Below are positions 8,379-17,304 of a stretch of 64,000 nucleotides of DNA, one piece after another. This stretch comes from a virus (taxonomy: Duplodnaviria > Caudoviricetes). The notes under the pieces were generated by a model. It had not been told where the DNA came from, did no database searches, and saw only the letters and a list, made by a program, of their open reading frames with translations. Numbering within the stretch: the stretch's first letter is position 1; each line of letters opens with the position of its first letter. A program made the position numbers and the translations under genes. The stretch lies in IMG/VR virus record IMGVR_UViG_3300047469_000103, positions 160,001 through 224,000 of that record; one strand, 5' to 3'.

Positions 8379-8912
8379 TTAGTCTTTCTTGCCACTGACA
8401 GGAACAATTACAGAACCATCCTCAGTGCGGCGATTACCTTTTTCTTCAGCGCGGCGAATATCTTCGTCGTGCATATCTGCGACATTACCGAAATTGCGTT
8501 TACGTTCGGCGGCTTTGTCTTCCGCATTCGCATCAATCAAATGTTGCAACGAATTGAAGTGCGTCATGCCGCGACCGGTAGCTGGCAGGAAATAAGCGTC
8601 GGCACGTTGCGCGTGTGCTTCAAGGCCGGACGGTTCCCCTTTCTTTGCCATTTCCACAAATACGCTGTACCCATCACCGAATTCCGTGAAAATCCATTCA
8701 CCGAAACGCTGGTGCGCTTCACGCGTGGTCATATAGTCGGCCAGTTCTTCGGAAAACTTACCGAGGCGCAGATTCGAGAATTTCATCAGTTCGAAGAAAT
8801 CGCGAGTCTTAACGAACGCACGGGATTTGCCTTGACGCATGGTAATGTCCAAAACGACTTTAACGCCATCGGCCATTTTCGAAACGTCAGCAGGGTTCAT
8901 GTTGATAGGCAT
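8379..8912 (-). CDS. Hypothetical protein
   Basis: GGAG SD; 177 aa. Confidence 0.75.
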   Translation of the reverse strand: MPINMNPADVSKMADGVKVVLDITMRQGKSRAFVKTRDFFELMKFSNLRLGKFSEELADYMTTREAHQRFGEWIFTEFGDGYSVFVEMAKKGEPSGLEAHAQRADAYFLPATGRGMTHFNSLQHLIDANAEDKAAERKRNFGNVADMHDEDIRRAEEKGNRRTEDGSVIVPVSGKKD

Positions 8913-9000
8913 TGCAGTAACTCCAAAATCCAGCGCGAAAGATTCACCGGGCGCCAGCGGCTGGAAAACCAGCGCCTAGTGTTTGTTGCTCAAATGTTCT

Positions 9001-9273
9001 TTACAGTTTTTCGCGTTCGGCGCGAATGTCGAGGAATTCAGGCTGAATGCCGAAATTCTCTTTGACGTAATCAATGCCGGTTCCCCGCGCCACTTCAAAG
9101 CGTGGCGTAGGGCTTTCGTTAAACGGCCAGATGCACGGCTTCAAACCTTTCGTGTGCAACTGGATAAGGTCGGGGCCGTGATCGCAATGTAGAACGACGA
9201 TTTTTTCGATTTCAAGCATCAGTCGTTTCACAGGATCATTCCCGACCGAACCAAACGGAAGTGATCGGCGCAA
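9001..9273 (-). CDS. Hypothetical protein (true start probably downstream, MLEIEK)
   Basis: ORF track; 5-prime end overlaps the upstream gene. Confidence 0.55.
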   Translation of the reverse strand: MRRSLPFGSVGNDPVKRLMLEIEKIVVLHCDHGPDLIQLHTKGLKPCIWPFNESPTPRFEVARGTGIDYVKENFGIQPEFLDIRAEREKL

Positions 9274-9605
9274 TCGAATTTCAAATCGGTTGCTTGCGTG
9301 CCAATTTGGAACGGCAACAATTTCGCATGGAAGCGATTTTGGTTGTGTTCGTTTTTGTGATCCAGATGGCGCGCTTCTTCGGTCATTGCCGCGTTAGCGT
9401 ATTCCCACGCTTTCCATTGTTCATCCGTTTGAGGCGCACGGTCGGTATTAATGAACAAACCATCAAGGGTACGAATCGCACCAATGAGGTTAATGCTCAA
9501 ACCCGAATCCGCTGGAATGAAATAGAAATCAACACCTTCAGGATTCCGTTCAAATGTGAACAGGATTGCTTCGTGTGCAGCGCTCATGATGTATGTCCTT
9601 TTCAA
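9228..9605 (-). CDS. Hypothetical protein
   Basis: First gene after the 9670-9698 promoter. Confidence 0.7.
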   Translation of the reverse strand: MKRTYIMSAAHEAILFTFERNPEGVDFYFIPADSGLSINLIGAIRTLDGLFINTDRAPQTDEQWKAWEYANAAMTEEARHLDHKNEHNQNRFHAKLLPFQIGTQATDLKFDCADHFRLVRSGMIL

Positions 9606-9669
9606 CGAGTGAGAAAACTTCCGCTAATCCGTGAGTGTCGAATCGCGACCTCTGCGGGCTAGAGCGCCC

Positions 9670-9698
9670 ATCCTACAGGGCTTGCGGGCCTGTGTCAA
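9670..9698 (-). promoter_or_regulatory. Sigma70-like promoter
   Basis: TTGACA-N17-TAGGAT. Confidence 0.7.
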
Positions 9699-9705
9699 CC
9701 CGGTG

Positions 9706-9924
9706 TCAGTCGTCGAGCCGGTCAGTGTGTTCGATGTACGCATAGACGTAATCGTCTGGCGTTGGAATATCGTTTGCGTACCATTCCGCGAGCTTTTCTT
9801 CCGCTTCGCGTAATGTCCAACATTCTTTGTAAACGTCGCGTTCTAATTCGGGTTCAAATGTGTGAGGATTGGAAACCGCAATCACAAACCAAACGACGTA
9901 GACTTCAATTCGATTGTGTCGCAT
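9706..9924 (-). CDS. Hypothetical protein
   Basis: 72 aa, coupled. Confidence 0.6.
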   Translation of the reverse strand: MRHNRIEVYVVWFVIAVSNPHTFEPELERDVYKECWTLREAEEKLAEWYANDIPTPDDYVYAYIEHTDRLDD

Positions 9925-10315
9925 CAGCGCCTTCCTTTGCGGTGAGTTCCGCTAATGCGCGATTTGCTTCGTTGGATTTTACAATGCTGCGGATTACAGG
10001 TTTTTCACGACGGGAAATAGGCGACACGTGACCGTTGTTCAAATGCACGTCATACATGCCATTCAGCGTCCGACTCATACTGACTACCGAGTCCCGGCGA
10101 ACCAGAACGCCGCGATGGCTGCGCACAAAAAGATCGCCGTAACGCTTTTCCAATTCGACCAAAGAAATGTCGAGGATCGGACGGCGTTCGTTTTTACGCA
10201 AAACCACTTCGGTATATTTCTGACTGGATTCAAACGCAACGATATCGTCGAGTTTGTATTCCATAGCAACCCGGCCATTCGTGTATGTGAATTCGGTCAC
10301 GCGTGCCTGTTCCAT
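9905..10315 (-). CDS. Stand-alone LytTR DNA-binding domain protein
   Basis: DIVAFESSQKYTEV...SLVELEKRY...FVRSHRGVLVRRDSV...ISRR is the LytTR pattern; no receiver domain. Confidence 0.8.
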   Translation of the reverse strand: MEQARVTEFTYTNGRVAMEYKLDDIVAFESSQKYTEVVLRKNERRPILDISLVELEKRYGDLFVRSHRGVLVRRDSVVSMSRTLNGMYDVHLNNGHVSPISRREKPVIRSIVKSNEANRALAELTAKEGADATQSN

Positions 10316-10324
10316 TTCTATTCC

Positions 10325-10930
10325 TTACGTTGCGAGAAGTTTCAGCAAAATTGCGAGTTCATCTTTCGAACGCTGCGCAATGCTTTCTTGCGTCTTCGTG
10401 CTACTCGATTTGAAGTAGAGCTTTACAGTATCGCCACGGTACTTCTGAACCTTGTTGATAAAGTCCGAATCGGAGCCTTTGAAGTTGGCGCCCAACGCTT
10501 TGATAATCAGCGAAGTGTTTGCACCGTACTGCACAGCAACCGAGAACACGCATTCGCGCACAGCAACGTGACGATCTTTAACAACGATGCCATTTGCCAG
10601 AAGCTTTGCCGCTTGCGGTTCGTAGTGGGTTGAAGCGATGTAAAGAAACTGATTTGTTTCGAATTCCAACGGCTTCGCGTTTGCGATTTGGTTATACACC
10701 GCTGTGAATTCTTTCGTGCCCGGTTGCAGACCTTTGAATTGCGCCTGATATGCCGTGCCGAATTTCGATGCAACGAATGCCGCCATGCTGCCGTTATTCG
10801 ATGCGAGTTGGTGAGCGCCGTAGGACACGCCGCCGTTATCACCTTTGCCTGTACTTACGGTTTTTACACCGCGACCGCCCGACTCAAAACGTGCCGAAAC
10901 ATCGCCAGTGATTTCGCGATAAGTAGACAT
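10325..10930 (-). CDS. Muramidase of the VgrG3-C-like lysozyme type; endolysin candidate
   Basis: SARFESGGRG...STGKGDNGGVSYGAHQL motif; AGGAGG SD; TAATTTA motif upstream. Confidence 0.7.
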   Translation of the reverse strand: MSTYREITGDVSARFESGGRGVKTVSTGKGDNGGVSYGAHQLASNNGSMAAFVASKFGTAYQAQFKGLQPGTKEFTAVYNQIANAKPLEFETNQFLYIASTHYEPQAAKLLANGIVVKDRHVAVRECVFSVAVQYGANTSLIIKALGANFKGSDSDFINKVQKYRGDTVKLYFKSSSTKTQESIAQRSKDELAILLKLLAT

Positions 10931-10962
10931 AACACTTCCTCCTTTTTAGTGAGTGTTATGTC

Positions 10963-10969
10963 TAAATTA
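10963..10969 (-). promoter_or_regulatory. Candidate late promoter TAATTTA
   Basis: 33 nt upstream of the lysin start; recurs before structural genes. Confidence 0.5.
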
Positions 10970-10981
10970 TCGCATTCAGTT

Positions 10982-11677
10982 TTAACGTTCCACAATCGGC
11001 CCGTCAAAGTCTGTTAGTGCATCGGGAAGCCACGGAATTGCATTCGTCATACACTCCGCGTTGCCGCAATCGCCCATGATCGAATCACCGGTGACGAAAT
11101 TCACACGCATCATCACGCGGTACGGTGTGCGCTCGCCAATCAACGGGAAATCGGCGTAAACGTAAAACCATCCGAATTCATCGACTTCACCACGGATGAA
11201 AGACGGACGCCCATGCAACTGCTTTTCCTGCACATGATTCCCGAGGAAATTTATGTACATGTTCGGCATGTGCGGACTTACGACTTCGCCGTGATGCAAC
11301 TGCGCAAAAGTTCGAACACTTTGCAGCATGAAAAGATGGTACGCATATTTCAGCAACGAGAGTCCCGAACCACGAACAGTCCAGTTATCCCACGGGCCGG
11401 AAAGCTGCGAACAGATTGCGTTCGGATGCGAGCGCATGTCTGCCATGTTGCGCTTGGACAGACCGCCGAATGCTTCCATGTCAGTTTTAAAACGTTCGTG
11501 CAATGTCGAGATTTTGTCACCCGTCATAAACGCATGCAAAACATCCTTCACGTACTTACGAACAAGTGGTTCGATCCATGCAGGATTCGCCGGGGGAACT
11601 TTGAGCGCAATCTGAATATCAGGATGGCCCATCGGCGGCATTCGTTCTTCAGAATCTGCCAGCACAACATTTAACAT
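10982..11677 (-). CDS. Hypothetical protein
   Basis: 231-aa ORF. Confidence 0.7.
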   Translation of the reverse strand: MLNVVLADSEERMPPMGHPDIQIALKVPPANPAWIEPLVRKYVKDVLHAFMTGDKISTLHERFKTDMEAFGGLSKRNMADMRSHPNAICSQLSGPWDNWTVRGSGLSLLKYAYHLFMLQSVRTFAQLHHGEVVSPHMPNMYINFLGNHVQEKQLHGRPSFIRGEVDEFGWFYVYADFPLIGERTPYRVMMRVNFVTGDSIMGDCGNAECMTNAIPWLPDALTDFDGPIVER

Positions 11678-11680
11678 TTT

Positions 11681-12235
11681 TCACCGTCCGCTTCGACCGG
11701 GCGTTCGTTTGATAGATCGCTCACTAAGAAGCAACCCGTTGTAGTTCATCCACATGGAATCTTTACCGCACTTTTTGCACTCGTAAAGAAACACATTAAT
11801 CGTCGCCTCTTCCAGCAGCAAAGGCTGTGCTGGAGGATCGGTTCGATGTTTATTACAGAACGGACAAAGTAAATCGTCAATTCCGCGTGCGTCTTTGCCG
11901 GGTAATCCGCGAATGCTTGCGCCGCAATCCCCTCTTGCCCCCTGCACACCGGGCGGGCCGGGCATACCTGTTGGCCCAGTTGGCCCCGTGAAATACTTGC
12001 GAATCTTTTCGATCAAAGTATCAGGCTTGCATACAAAACCAATGTACACGCCTTTGTTCATCGCATGGCGAATGGCACAGTCTTCAGCAGATTGGCGAGC
12101 GTCGAAATCCGAATCGTAATCATCGGAACTTTCCAATTCTTGCTCGTATTGAACGTCGAAAATTGCTCGCCATGAAAACCAGCTTTTTGCTTGTGGGATA
12201 TAACCCCCACGAGTATCAAGTACGCGAGTTTGCAT
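11681..12235 (-). CDS. Hypothetical protein with collagen-like GXY run and C-terminal CxxC...CxxC
   Basis: GPTGPTGMPGPPGVQGARGDCG; CPFC...CKKC. Confidence 0.7.
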   Translation of the reverse strand: MQTRVLDTRGGYIPQAKSWFSWRAIFDVQYEQELESSDDYDSDFDARQSAEDCAIRHAMNKGVYIGFVCKPDTLIEKIRKYFTGPTGPTGMPGPPGVQGARGDCGASIRGLPGKDARGIDDLLCPFCNKHRTDPPAQPLLLEEATINVFLYECKKCGKDSMWMNYNGLLLSERSIKRTPGRSGR

Positions 12236-12237
12236 TT

Positions 12238-12531
12238 TTACACCTGCTTTGTGGCGTCGAAAATGTGCCAGATCAAAGCGCCGCCCGCTTCTTGCACAGT
12301 GCCGAGGAATTTACCCGGACGCGACTCGACAGCATGGTTAGGGCCGGTGCCCATCAAACGGATTTTACGGTGCTGGAAATGTGTGCTGGTTTCGTCGATC
12401 AATGCCCACAGTTGCAGGTTGTCTCGATGGTTGTGATCCTTCTGGAATTGCACAGAAAGAATCTCAGCACCGAACGGCATCATGATTTCCTGTTCTTCGG
12501 TGATTTGCAGCGGGTATTTTCCTACGATCAT
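12238..12531 (-). CDS. Phage hypothetical protein
   Basis: ILSVQ...LWALID...GTG...FLGTVQ...WHIF pattern resembles common phage small proteins. Confidence 0.7.
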   Translation of the reverse strand: MIVGKYPLQITEEQEIMMPFGAEILSVQFQKDHNHRDNLQLWALIDETSTHFQHRKIRLMGTGPNHAVESRPGKFLGTVQEAGGALIWHIFDATKQV

Positions 12532-12902
12532 TTTTTGCCCCCGTGGGTATTGATGAATTTGCGAATGTGTTCCTCAAACAGCGCAGGAAGATCAGCAATT
12601 TTTCCGTTGCGGTACTGGTCAGGATAATGCTCGATGACTTCCCCGTTACGCGAGAACGCAGAGAAATCCATCAGACCAAATTCCACAACGATATACAGTT
12701 CTTCGCTGTACGCCCATTCGAACATGATGCGCTTGTTTGAATCTGGTGTTACTTCGAAAACTTTACCGCGACAAAGATCGGGAAACTTTTCAAACATATC
12801 ACGTGCGGTTTGCATCACAGCACCGGGCAACGCATCAGCGCCGTGTCCATCCCAGTCGTCAAAGCTGCAATGCGTCCAAATGAAATCAAGATCAACCATC
12901 AA
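12528..12902 (-). CDS. Hypothetical protein
   Basis: Coupled ORF. Confidence 0.7.
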   Translation of the reverse strand: MMVDLDFIWTHCSFDDWDGHGADALPGAVMQTARDMFEKFPDLCRGKVFEVTPDSNKRIMFEWAYSEELYIVVEFGLMDFSAFSRNGEVIEHYPDQYRNGKIADLPALFEEHIRKFINTHGGKK

Positions 12903-13108
12903 ATCATTCCTTCAAACCGCAGCACGATGTTGTTCCTATCAGCGCCACGCGGGTAAACTTTTGCACGCATTTTTCTGTAGGCTTTCCAGTATGCTTTGCG
13001 TGTGTGAATATCGGTATTCAGCCTGTCGCCAACATTGTCGAGAAAACCTTTGGTAATCGCGGTTGTTTGTTGGCGATAAGATTCTGCGAGTTGGTATGTC
13101 GTACTCAT
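12899..13108 (-). CDS. Small basic hypothetical protein
   Basis: ATGA overlap with the next gene. Confidence 0.65.
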   Translation of the reverse strand: MSTTYQLAESYRQQTTAITKGFLDNVGDRLNTDIHTRKAYWKAYRKMRAKVYPRGADRNNIVLRFEGMI

Positions 13109-13128
13109 TACCAGTTCCCTTTGTAGTA

Positions 13129-13144
13129 GGGCCGTCCGTGGCCC
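13129..13144 (-). promoter_or_regulatory. Leader hairpin with ACGGAC loop (Csr/Rsm-type site candidate)
   Basis: GGGCC-ACGGAC-GGCCC; identical 14-mer at 18539. Confidence 0.45.
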
Positions 13145-13150
13145 ATTCGT

Positions 13151-14173
13151 TTATTTGGTGACTGCGATTTCGTCCATCGTAATCACAGTGTATTCCGGTT
13201 CGATACCGCTTTCACCTTCGCCACTGTCGCATGCGCCTTCTTCGTCATAAATCCGCTGCGGTTTGTGCGTGATGGATTGTTGAAACCACGCCCACGCCAA
13301 CGAATCATGAATCAAAACTGTGCGGTTTTCTTCACGGACATGCGGACACAATTCGTTGAGAATCGAAGTGAACGTATCCAGAGAAAACATATGGAAATCT
13401 ACGCCGAGACGAACAGGGTGCATCGACTGTCGATCAAAGTGCGAGTACCGTGTTTTGTACGCTCGAAAAGTTTTCATCGCATCGAGAACTGTCGGCGCAG
13501 CTTTCTTCATAGTTTCAGAAACGCGCATCTGTCCGCGACCAGAACCGCTGACGGAAAATGTCGGAGAAATGTCGTCGCCGTCATCGTCGAGTTCGCCGTC
13601 TTCCCACAAGTTTTCTTTGCGGAAACGTGCTTGCAATTCGCGATTGTCAATCAACCGACCGAAGCGGCGCGTCTCACCGTAGAATGCGTAAGGGCGAATG
13701 CGTTCTTTGTAGTTTTTCCACTCTTCAAACATCGCGCCCATTGCGTATTGGCTAATGTGTTCGTCGGGGAAAAGAATGTGCGCTTCGCGGCGCGGCAGGC
13801 TGCGGCGATGGTCGATGTTGTTACCGACTTTTTCAATTACTTGTGCGAAGCGGTGGTACAGAATGTCTTTGATGTAGCCGAGTTCGGGCGTGAAAATAAT
13901 ATGCCCGGAAAAAACGATCTTGTTAAACAGCGCAACGATTTCTTCTTCGGTCGTATCGAGGCCGATGCACAGGATTTCCTGCGGCACATTGCCTTTCATG
14001 TAATTCGCTACACGGGCTTGCGCACTGCCTGCGGTGGTGCTGAAAACAATTGCGTTTGTTGTAACGCCTTCACCGATAGGGCCGTTAATGCTGTAGCCCA
14101 TGATGATTGCTTTGGTGGCAGTTTCATACAGTGCTTCATTTTCAAACGTGGTAAAACCGATTTTATGTTGCAT
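13151..14173 (-). CDS. Hypothetical protein
   Basis: Long ORF; start refined to MQHKIGF. Confidence 0.75.
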   Translation of the reverse strand: MQHKIGFTTFENEALYETATKAIIMGYSINGPIGEGVTTNAIVFSTTAGSAQARVANYMKGNVPQEILCIGLDTTEEEIVALFNKIVFSGHIIFTPELGYIKDILYHRFAQVIEKVGNNIDHRRSLPRREAHILFPDEHISQYAMGAMFEEWKNYKERIRPYAFYGETRRFGRLIDNRELQARFRKENLWEDGELDDDGDDISPTFSVSGSGRGQMRVSETMKKAAPTVLDAMKTFRAYKTRYSHFDRQSMHPVRLGVDFHMFSLDTFTSILNELCPHVREENRTVLIHDSLAWAWFQQSITHKPQRIYDEEGACDSGEGESGIEPEYTVITMDEIAVTK

Positions 14174-14253
14174 GATTCTTCCTTTGCGCTTTCCACGCAT
14201 AAGTTAGATAAGTTTCTCTGTGCTTTCCGCACACGAGTATTGCGTTTGTTACG

Positions 14254-14496
14254 TCACTGTTTCTTGTCGTCCTCCCGCTTGCGCTTTTCCTCTTCTTGGC
14301 GCTTCTGCAATTCACGCATTGCGCGGCCTTCGTTCGCTTCTCTGCGTTCGCGGATATTCGCTACGCCCGGTTGTTCAAACATCGTCGCCCACCTTATCAA
14401 ACAGTACGGAATTAAATGCGATATCAGGGAAGCCATCCAGATATAATTTGGTGTGCCAGCTATGCACGCAAGCATCGGCCACTGTGTAAATTGCAC
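14254..14496 (-). CDS. Small coiled-coil protein (true start probably MFEQPG)
   Basis: Charged C-terminus; 5-prime part overlaps the upstream gene. Confidence 0.45.
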   Translation of the reverse strand: MQFTQWPMLACIAGTPNYIWMASLISHLIPYCLIRWATMFEQPGVANIRERREANEGRAMRELQKRQEEEKRKREDDKKQ

Positions 14497-14638
14497 CGGC
14501 AGTCAAATGCGTGTTGGCACTTTCCACTTCACCGGGCCAGCCACCTTCGGCCATGTAACGAACTTCGTCGCCGGTTTCGATACGCTCTTCGTCGCCATCA
14601 AAATCATCGTCGATTTCAAATTCATTCATCTTTTTCAC
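14375..14638 (-). CDS. Hypothetical protein
   Basis: 87 aa. Confidence 0.65.
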   Translation of the reverse strand: MKKMNEFEIDDDFDGDEERIETGDEVRYMAEGGWPGEVESANTHLTAGAIYTVADACVHSWHTKLYLDGFPDIAFNSVLFDKVGDDV

Positions 14639-15065
14639 CCGCGAATTGTTGCACAGGATTGACGCAGTTTTGAACCACGTGTTCCGCTTCTGCGTAGGAG
14701 AAATTCAGGGATGGAATCATCGGGCGCTCACTTGGGATAACGGGCATCCAACGATCTTCTGGTGGATTGTTGAAATGAGCCAACATTACTTCAACCAATT
14801 TTGCAGCGTCTTCGAATTCCACACACGGCAAAGCGTACAGCATCACGTAATCGGGTTTGATATCGTGAATGCTACGGTCGGGCCAGACTAAATGACCTTT
14901 CGTATCGTAGCCCATTTGCTTGTGCAAACTTCCATGCTGTTTGAACTTTATTTCTTCGGGATCAAGGACGAAACAAACCCAAATTCGCTGGGTTAATTTC
15001 CACTTGATACATCGCGTCGCTCGTAATCCGTTGGTGGTTTTGCGGTGGCGCAGGTTCGGACGCAT
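14622..15065 (-). CDS. Hypothetical protein (start uncertain, possibly 14915)
   Basis: ORF track. Confidence 0.55.
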   Translation of the reverse strand: MRPNLRHRKTTNGLRATRCIKWKLTQRIWVCFVLDPEEIKFKQHGSLHKQMGYDTKGHLVWPDRSIHDIKPDYVMLYALPCVEFEDAAKLVEVMLAHFNNPPEDRWMPVIPSERPMIPSLNFSYAEAEHVVQNCVNPVQQFAGEKDE

Positions 15066-15366
15066 GACTCATTCCCATTGAAAAAGTTGGTTGCTTGTTA
15101 TTGGCAGCTTCGATTTCTTTCCACATCGCCGGGTGCATGAAAAGCTTGCCGTCAGTCTTGATGATTTGACGCGATGGAACTTCATACGAAATATGGTTGA
15201 AGCGTTTCGCTTTCTTCCACATTTTTCGATGCGCCCACTTGCGTTCTTGCGTGCGGTGTTTCGTTTCAGTCAGCATGGCATTCAGATGCACGCGGAAACC
15301 GTTAAGTTTCAGCAGCATGTCGCCGGGATATACGTTGCCGTTTCTGTCTGGATAAACATCATTCAT
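14962..15366 (-). CDS. Hypothetical protein
   Basis: Start refined to MNDVYPDR overlapping the upstream stop. Confidence 0.65.
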   Translation of the reverse strand: MNDVYPDRNGNVYPGDMLLKLNGFRVHLNAMLTETKHRTQERKWAHRKMWKKAKRFNHISYEVPSRQIIKTDGKLFMHPAMWKEIEAANNKQPTFSMGMSHASEPAPPQNHQRITSDAMYQVEINPANLGLFRP

Positions 15367-15544
15367 ATTCTGGAATCTCCAGTGTGGTTTCACGGCGTCC
15401 GCATGCGAAAACCAAACGACCGTTTCCGTCAACGCTCACGTCTACATCTTGCATGTCATGAAAACCCACGTTCAAATATTGCAACGCGGATTTCATTTCA
15501 TCGTAGAGTTCCTGCATGGTCATTGATTCAGGCATATTTTGCAC
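15359..15544 (-). CDS. Hypothetical protein
   Basis: 61 aa, coupled. Confidence 0.6.
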   Translation of the reverse strand: MQNMPESMTMQELYDEMKSALQYLNVGFHDMQDVDVSVDGNGRLVFACGRRETTLEIPEYE

Positions 15545-15968
15545 ACGCCTTCACAATGGATTGCCACGCGTCGAGGCCGTCCATTTCTTCGAAGCCTTCG
15601 AATGGGACTGTCGCGATTCCGGCCATGAGTTTCTTGCAGCGCTCAGGTTCGTATTGTTCCAGAATTTCCAGAACTTTATCACGCACGTTGAACCACTCAT
15701 TCAGCGAATTGCGGGCACTGTAGCTGGCGCGTAGAACCGTAGCCATGCGGGAGTGATTCTTTTTGATATCGACAATCGCAAGCAACGTCTGGTCAATCGC
15801 ACGACCGTTTTTGTACGTCTTGCAGTCTTCAACAAAGTTGACGACAAGCCGTGCAAAATTACGCGAGGCAGTCGGTTCGTCGGATTCAGCCAGCACACAG
15901 ATTTCCGCAATAACTTCAGCATCAGACAGGCGCGTATATTCTGCGAAGAAAATATCGTCCTTGTCCAT
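15528..15968 (-). CDS. Hypothetical protein
   Basis: Coupled ORF. Confidence 0.7.
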   Translation of the reverse strand: MDKDDIFFAEYTRLSDAEVIAEICVLAESDEPTASRNFARLVVNFVEDCKTYKNGRAIDQTLLAIVDIKKNHSRMATVLRASYSARNSLNEWFNVRDKVLEILEQYEPERCKKLMAGIATVPFEGFEEMDGLDAWQSIVKACAKYA

Positions 15969-16270
15969 TAGATCACCGAGCCGATGCTGCTGGTTACATG
16001 ATTGAGAACACGGCGAATATCGTCGATGTTTTTAATCAGATGTTTTTCCATCGCTTCTACGCTCATTTCCCAACCGAAGCGCGGGTCGTTGTCGCTATCC
16101 CACATGCAATGGCCGAAGAAATAAACGCCGTAGTCGCTGCCCACGTAACGGATTTCCACAAGCGGAACAAAACGCTCCAGTTCGTTAGGCAGGCCGTCGA
16201 AAACAAACTTGTTATTCACGTTGTCCACAGCCGCAAAAAGAACTTCGCGCAGAGATTGGGATTCGGTCAT
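15968..16270 (-). CDS. Hypothetical protein
   Basis: Coupled ORF. Confidence 0.7.
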   Translation of the reverse strand: MTESQSLREVLFAAVDNVNNKFVFDGLPNELERFVPLVEIRYVGSDYGVYFFGHCMWDSDNDPRFGWEMSVEAMEKHLIKNIDDIRRVLNHVTSSIGSVI

Positions 16271-16275
16271 GGCGA

Positions 16276-16722
16276 TTACTCGATGGTTTTTAATTGGTCA
16301 ATTGTGCGCCGTTTCATGCGTTTCAAAACGAGCAACGCGTTGTAATCCAGATCGTCAACTTTATCCCAATCTGGTTTGTCGTTTGCGTACTTCACAGGAT
16401 CAGTCAAAAGCAGCAGGTTATATTCCGCTTGTAAATCTTCGACTTCCATACGCAATTGTGAAAGCGTGGTGCCGTAAACAACCATGCGGGTAAACAGCGC
16501 AACCGGAGCGCCCATGAACCATTCAGAAACCGCGCTGCAACGGCCACAAGTCCAGTGCATAAAATCAGTACCTTCCTGATAATCTGCTGCACTTTTTTCC
16601 ATTTCGTAAGCGGTGTAAGAATGGCTCCAACCTTCACAGCAAACGCATTTCACGGAAGCGCTGCGGGGCGTGGGTTGTGGCTTTGTCGCGAACAAACTTT
16701 TCAGCCAGCCGAAACCTCTCAC
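16276..16722 (-). CDS. Zn-ribbon-containing hypothetical protein
   Basis: CVCC...CGRC. Confidence 0.7.
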   Translation of the reverse strand: MRGFGWLKSLFATKPQPTPRSASVKCVCCEGWSHSYTAYEMEKSAADYQEGTDFMHWTCGRCSAVSEWFMGAPVALFTRMVVYGTTLSQLRMEVEDLQAEYNLLLLTDPVKYANDKPDWDKVDDLDYNALLVLKRMKRRTIDQLKTIE

Positions 16723-17021
16723 AACGCAATCCCCAGTTTGTGGCAGAGACGGTTGATATCCGCCATCGTTCCAGTGTCCGCGCCGTCGATGATTTTTTGC
16801 GCTTGCAGGGTTTCCGTCAGCAGGCGTTCAAGTTCAACTTTTGCGCTGTACAAAGTCGGCGTGTCGGTAATCAAACTCGGTTTATTGATCGCGTTAATAT
16901 CGTCAAGCAACGCGATGCGGTGCAGCAAACGGTCGAGGTTTCCAGTGGCACGAATCACCGCCGACCGGGCGCGACTCATGTTCATATTTTCCGGGGAGAA
17001 ATCGTCGTCATCGAAATTCAT
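16719..17021 (-). CDS. Hypothetical protein
   Basis: Coupled ORF. Confidence 0.65.
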   Translation of the reverse strand: MNFDDDDFSPENMNMSRARSAVIRATGNLDRLLHRIALLDDINAINKPSLITDTPTLYSAKVELERLLTETLQAQKIIDGADTGTMADINRLCHKLGIAL

Positions 17022-17025
17022 GGTT

Positions 17026-17304
17026 TCACCATTGGTTTATTTGGATCGGTGCCAGATTGAGGGCCAGCACTTCGTTAACAATTCCTTGCAGATATTCACG
17101 CGAATAATCTTCGGTGTCTTCTTCAGGAAGTTCGTAGTTTTTACTACTCTGTGCATACGTCACACATTCACGGATCAAACCCCACGGCATATGCGGGATG
17201 CGCAAAATGACAGCATGCAATTCACCGACAGCCGTTGTGTAAGCGGGCAGCAGTCCGGCACGTTCTGCATGACTGGTCGTCTGAAACAGAACTAAATAAT
17301 TCAT
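17026..17304 (-). CDS. Hypothetical protein
   Basis: ATGA overlap. Confidence 0.65.
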   Translation of the reverse strand: MNYLVLFQTTSHAERAGLLPAYTTAVGELHAVILRIPHMPWGLIRECVTYAQSSKNYELPEEDTEDYSREYLQGIVNEVLALNLAPIQINQW

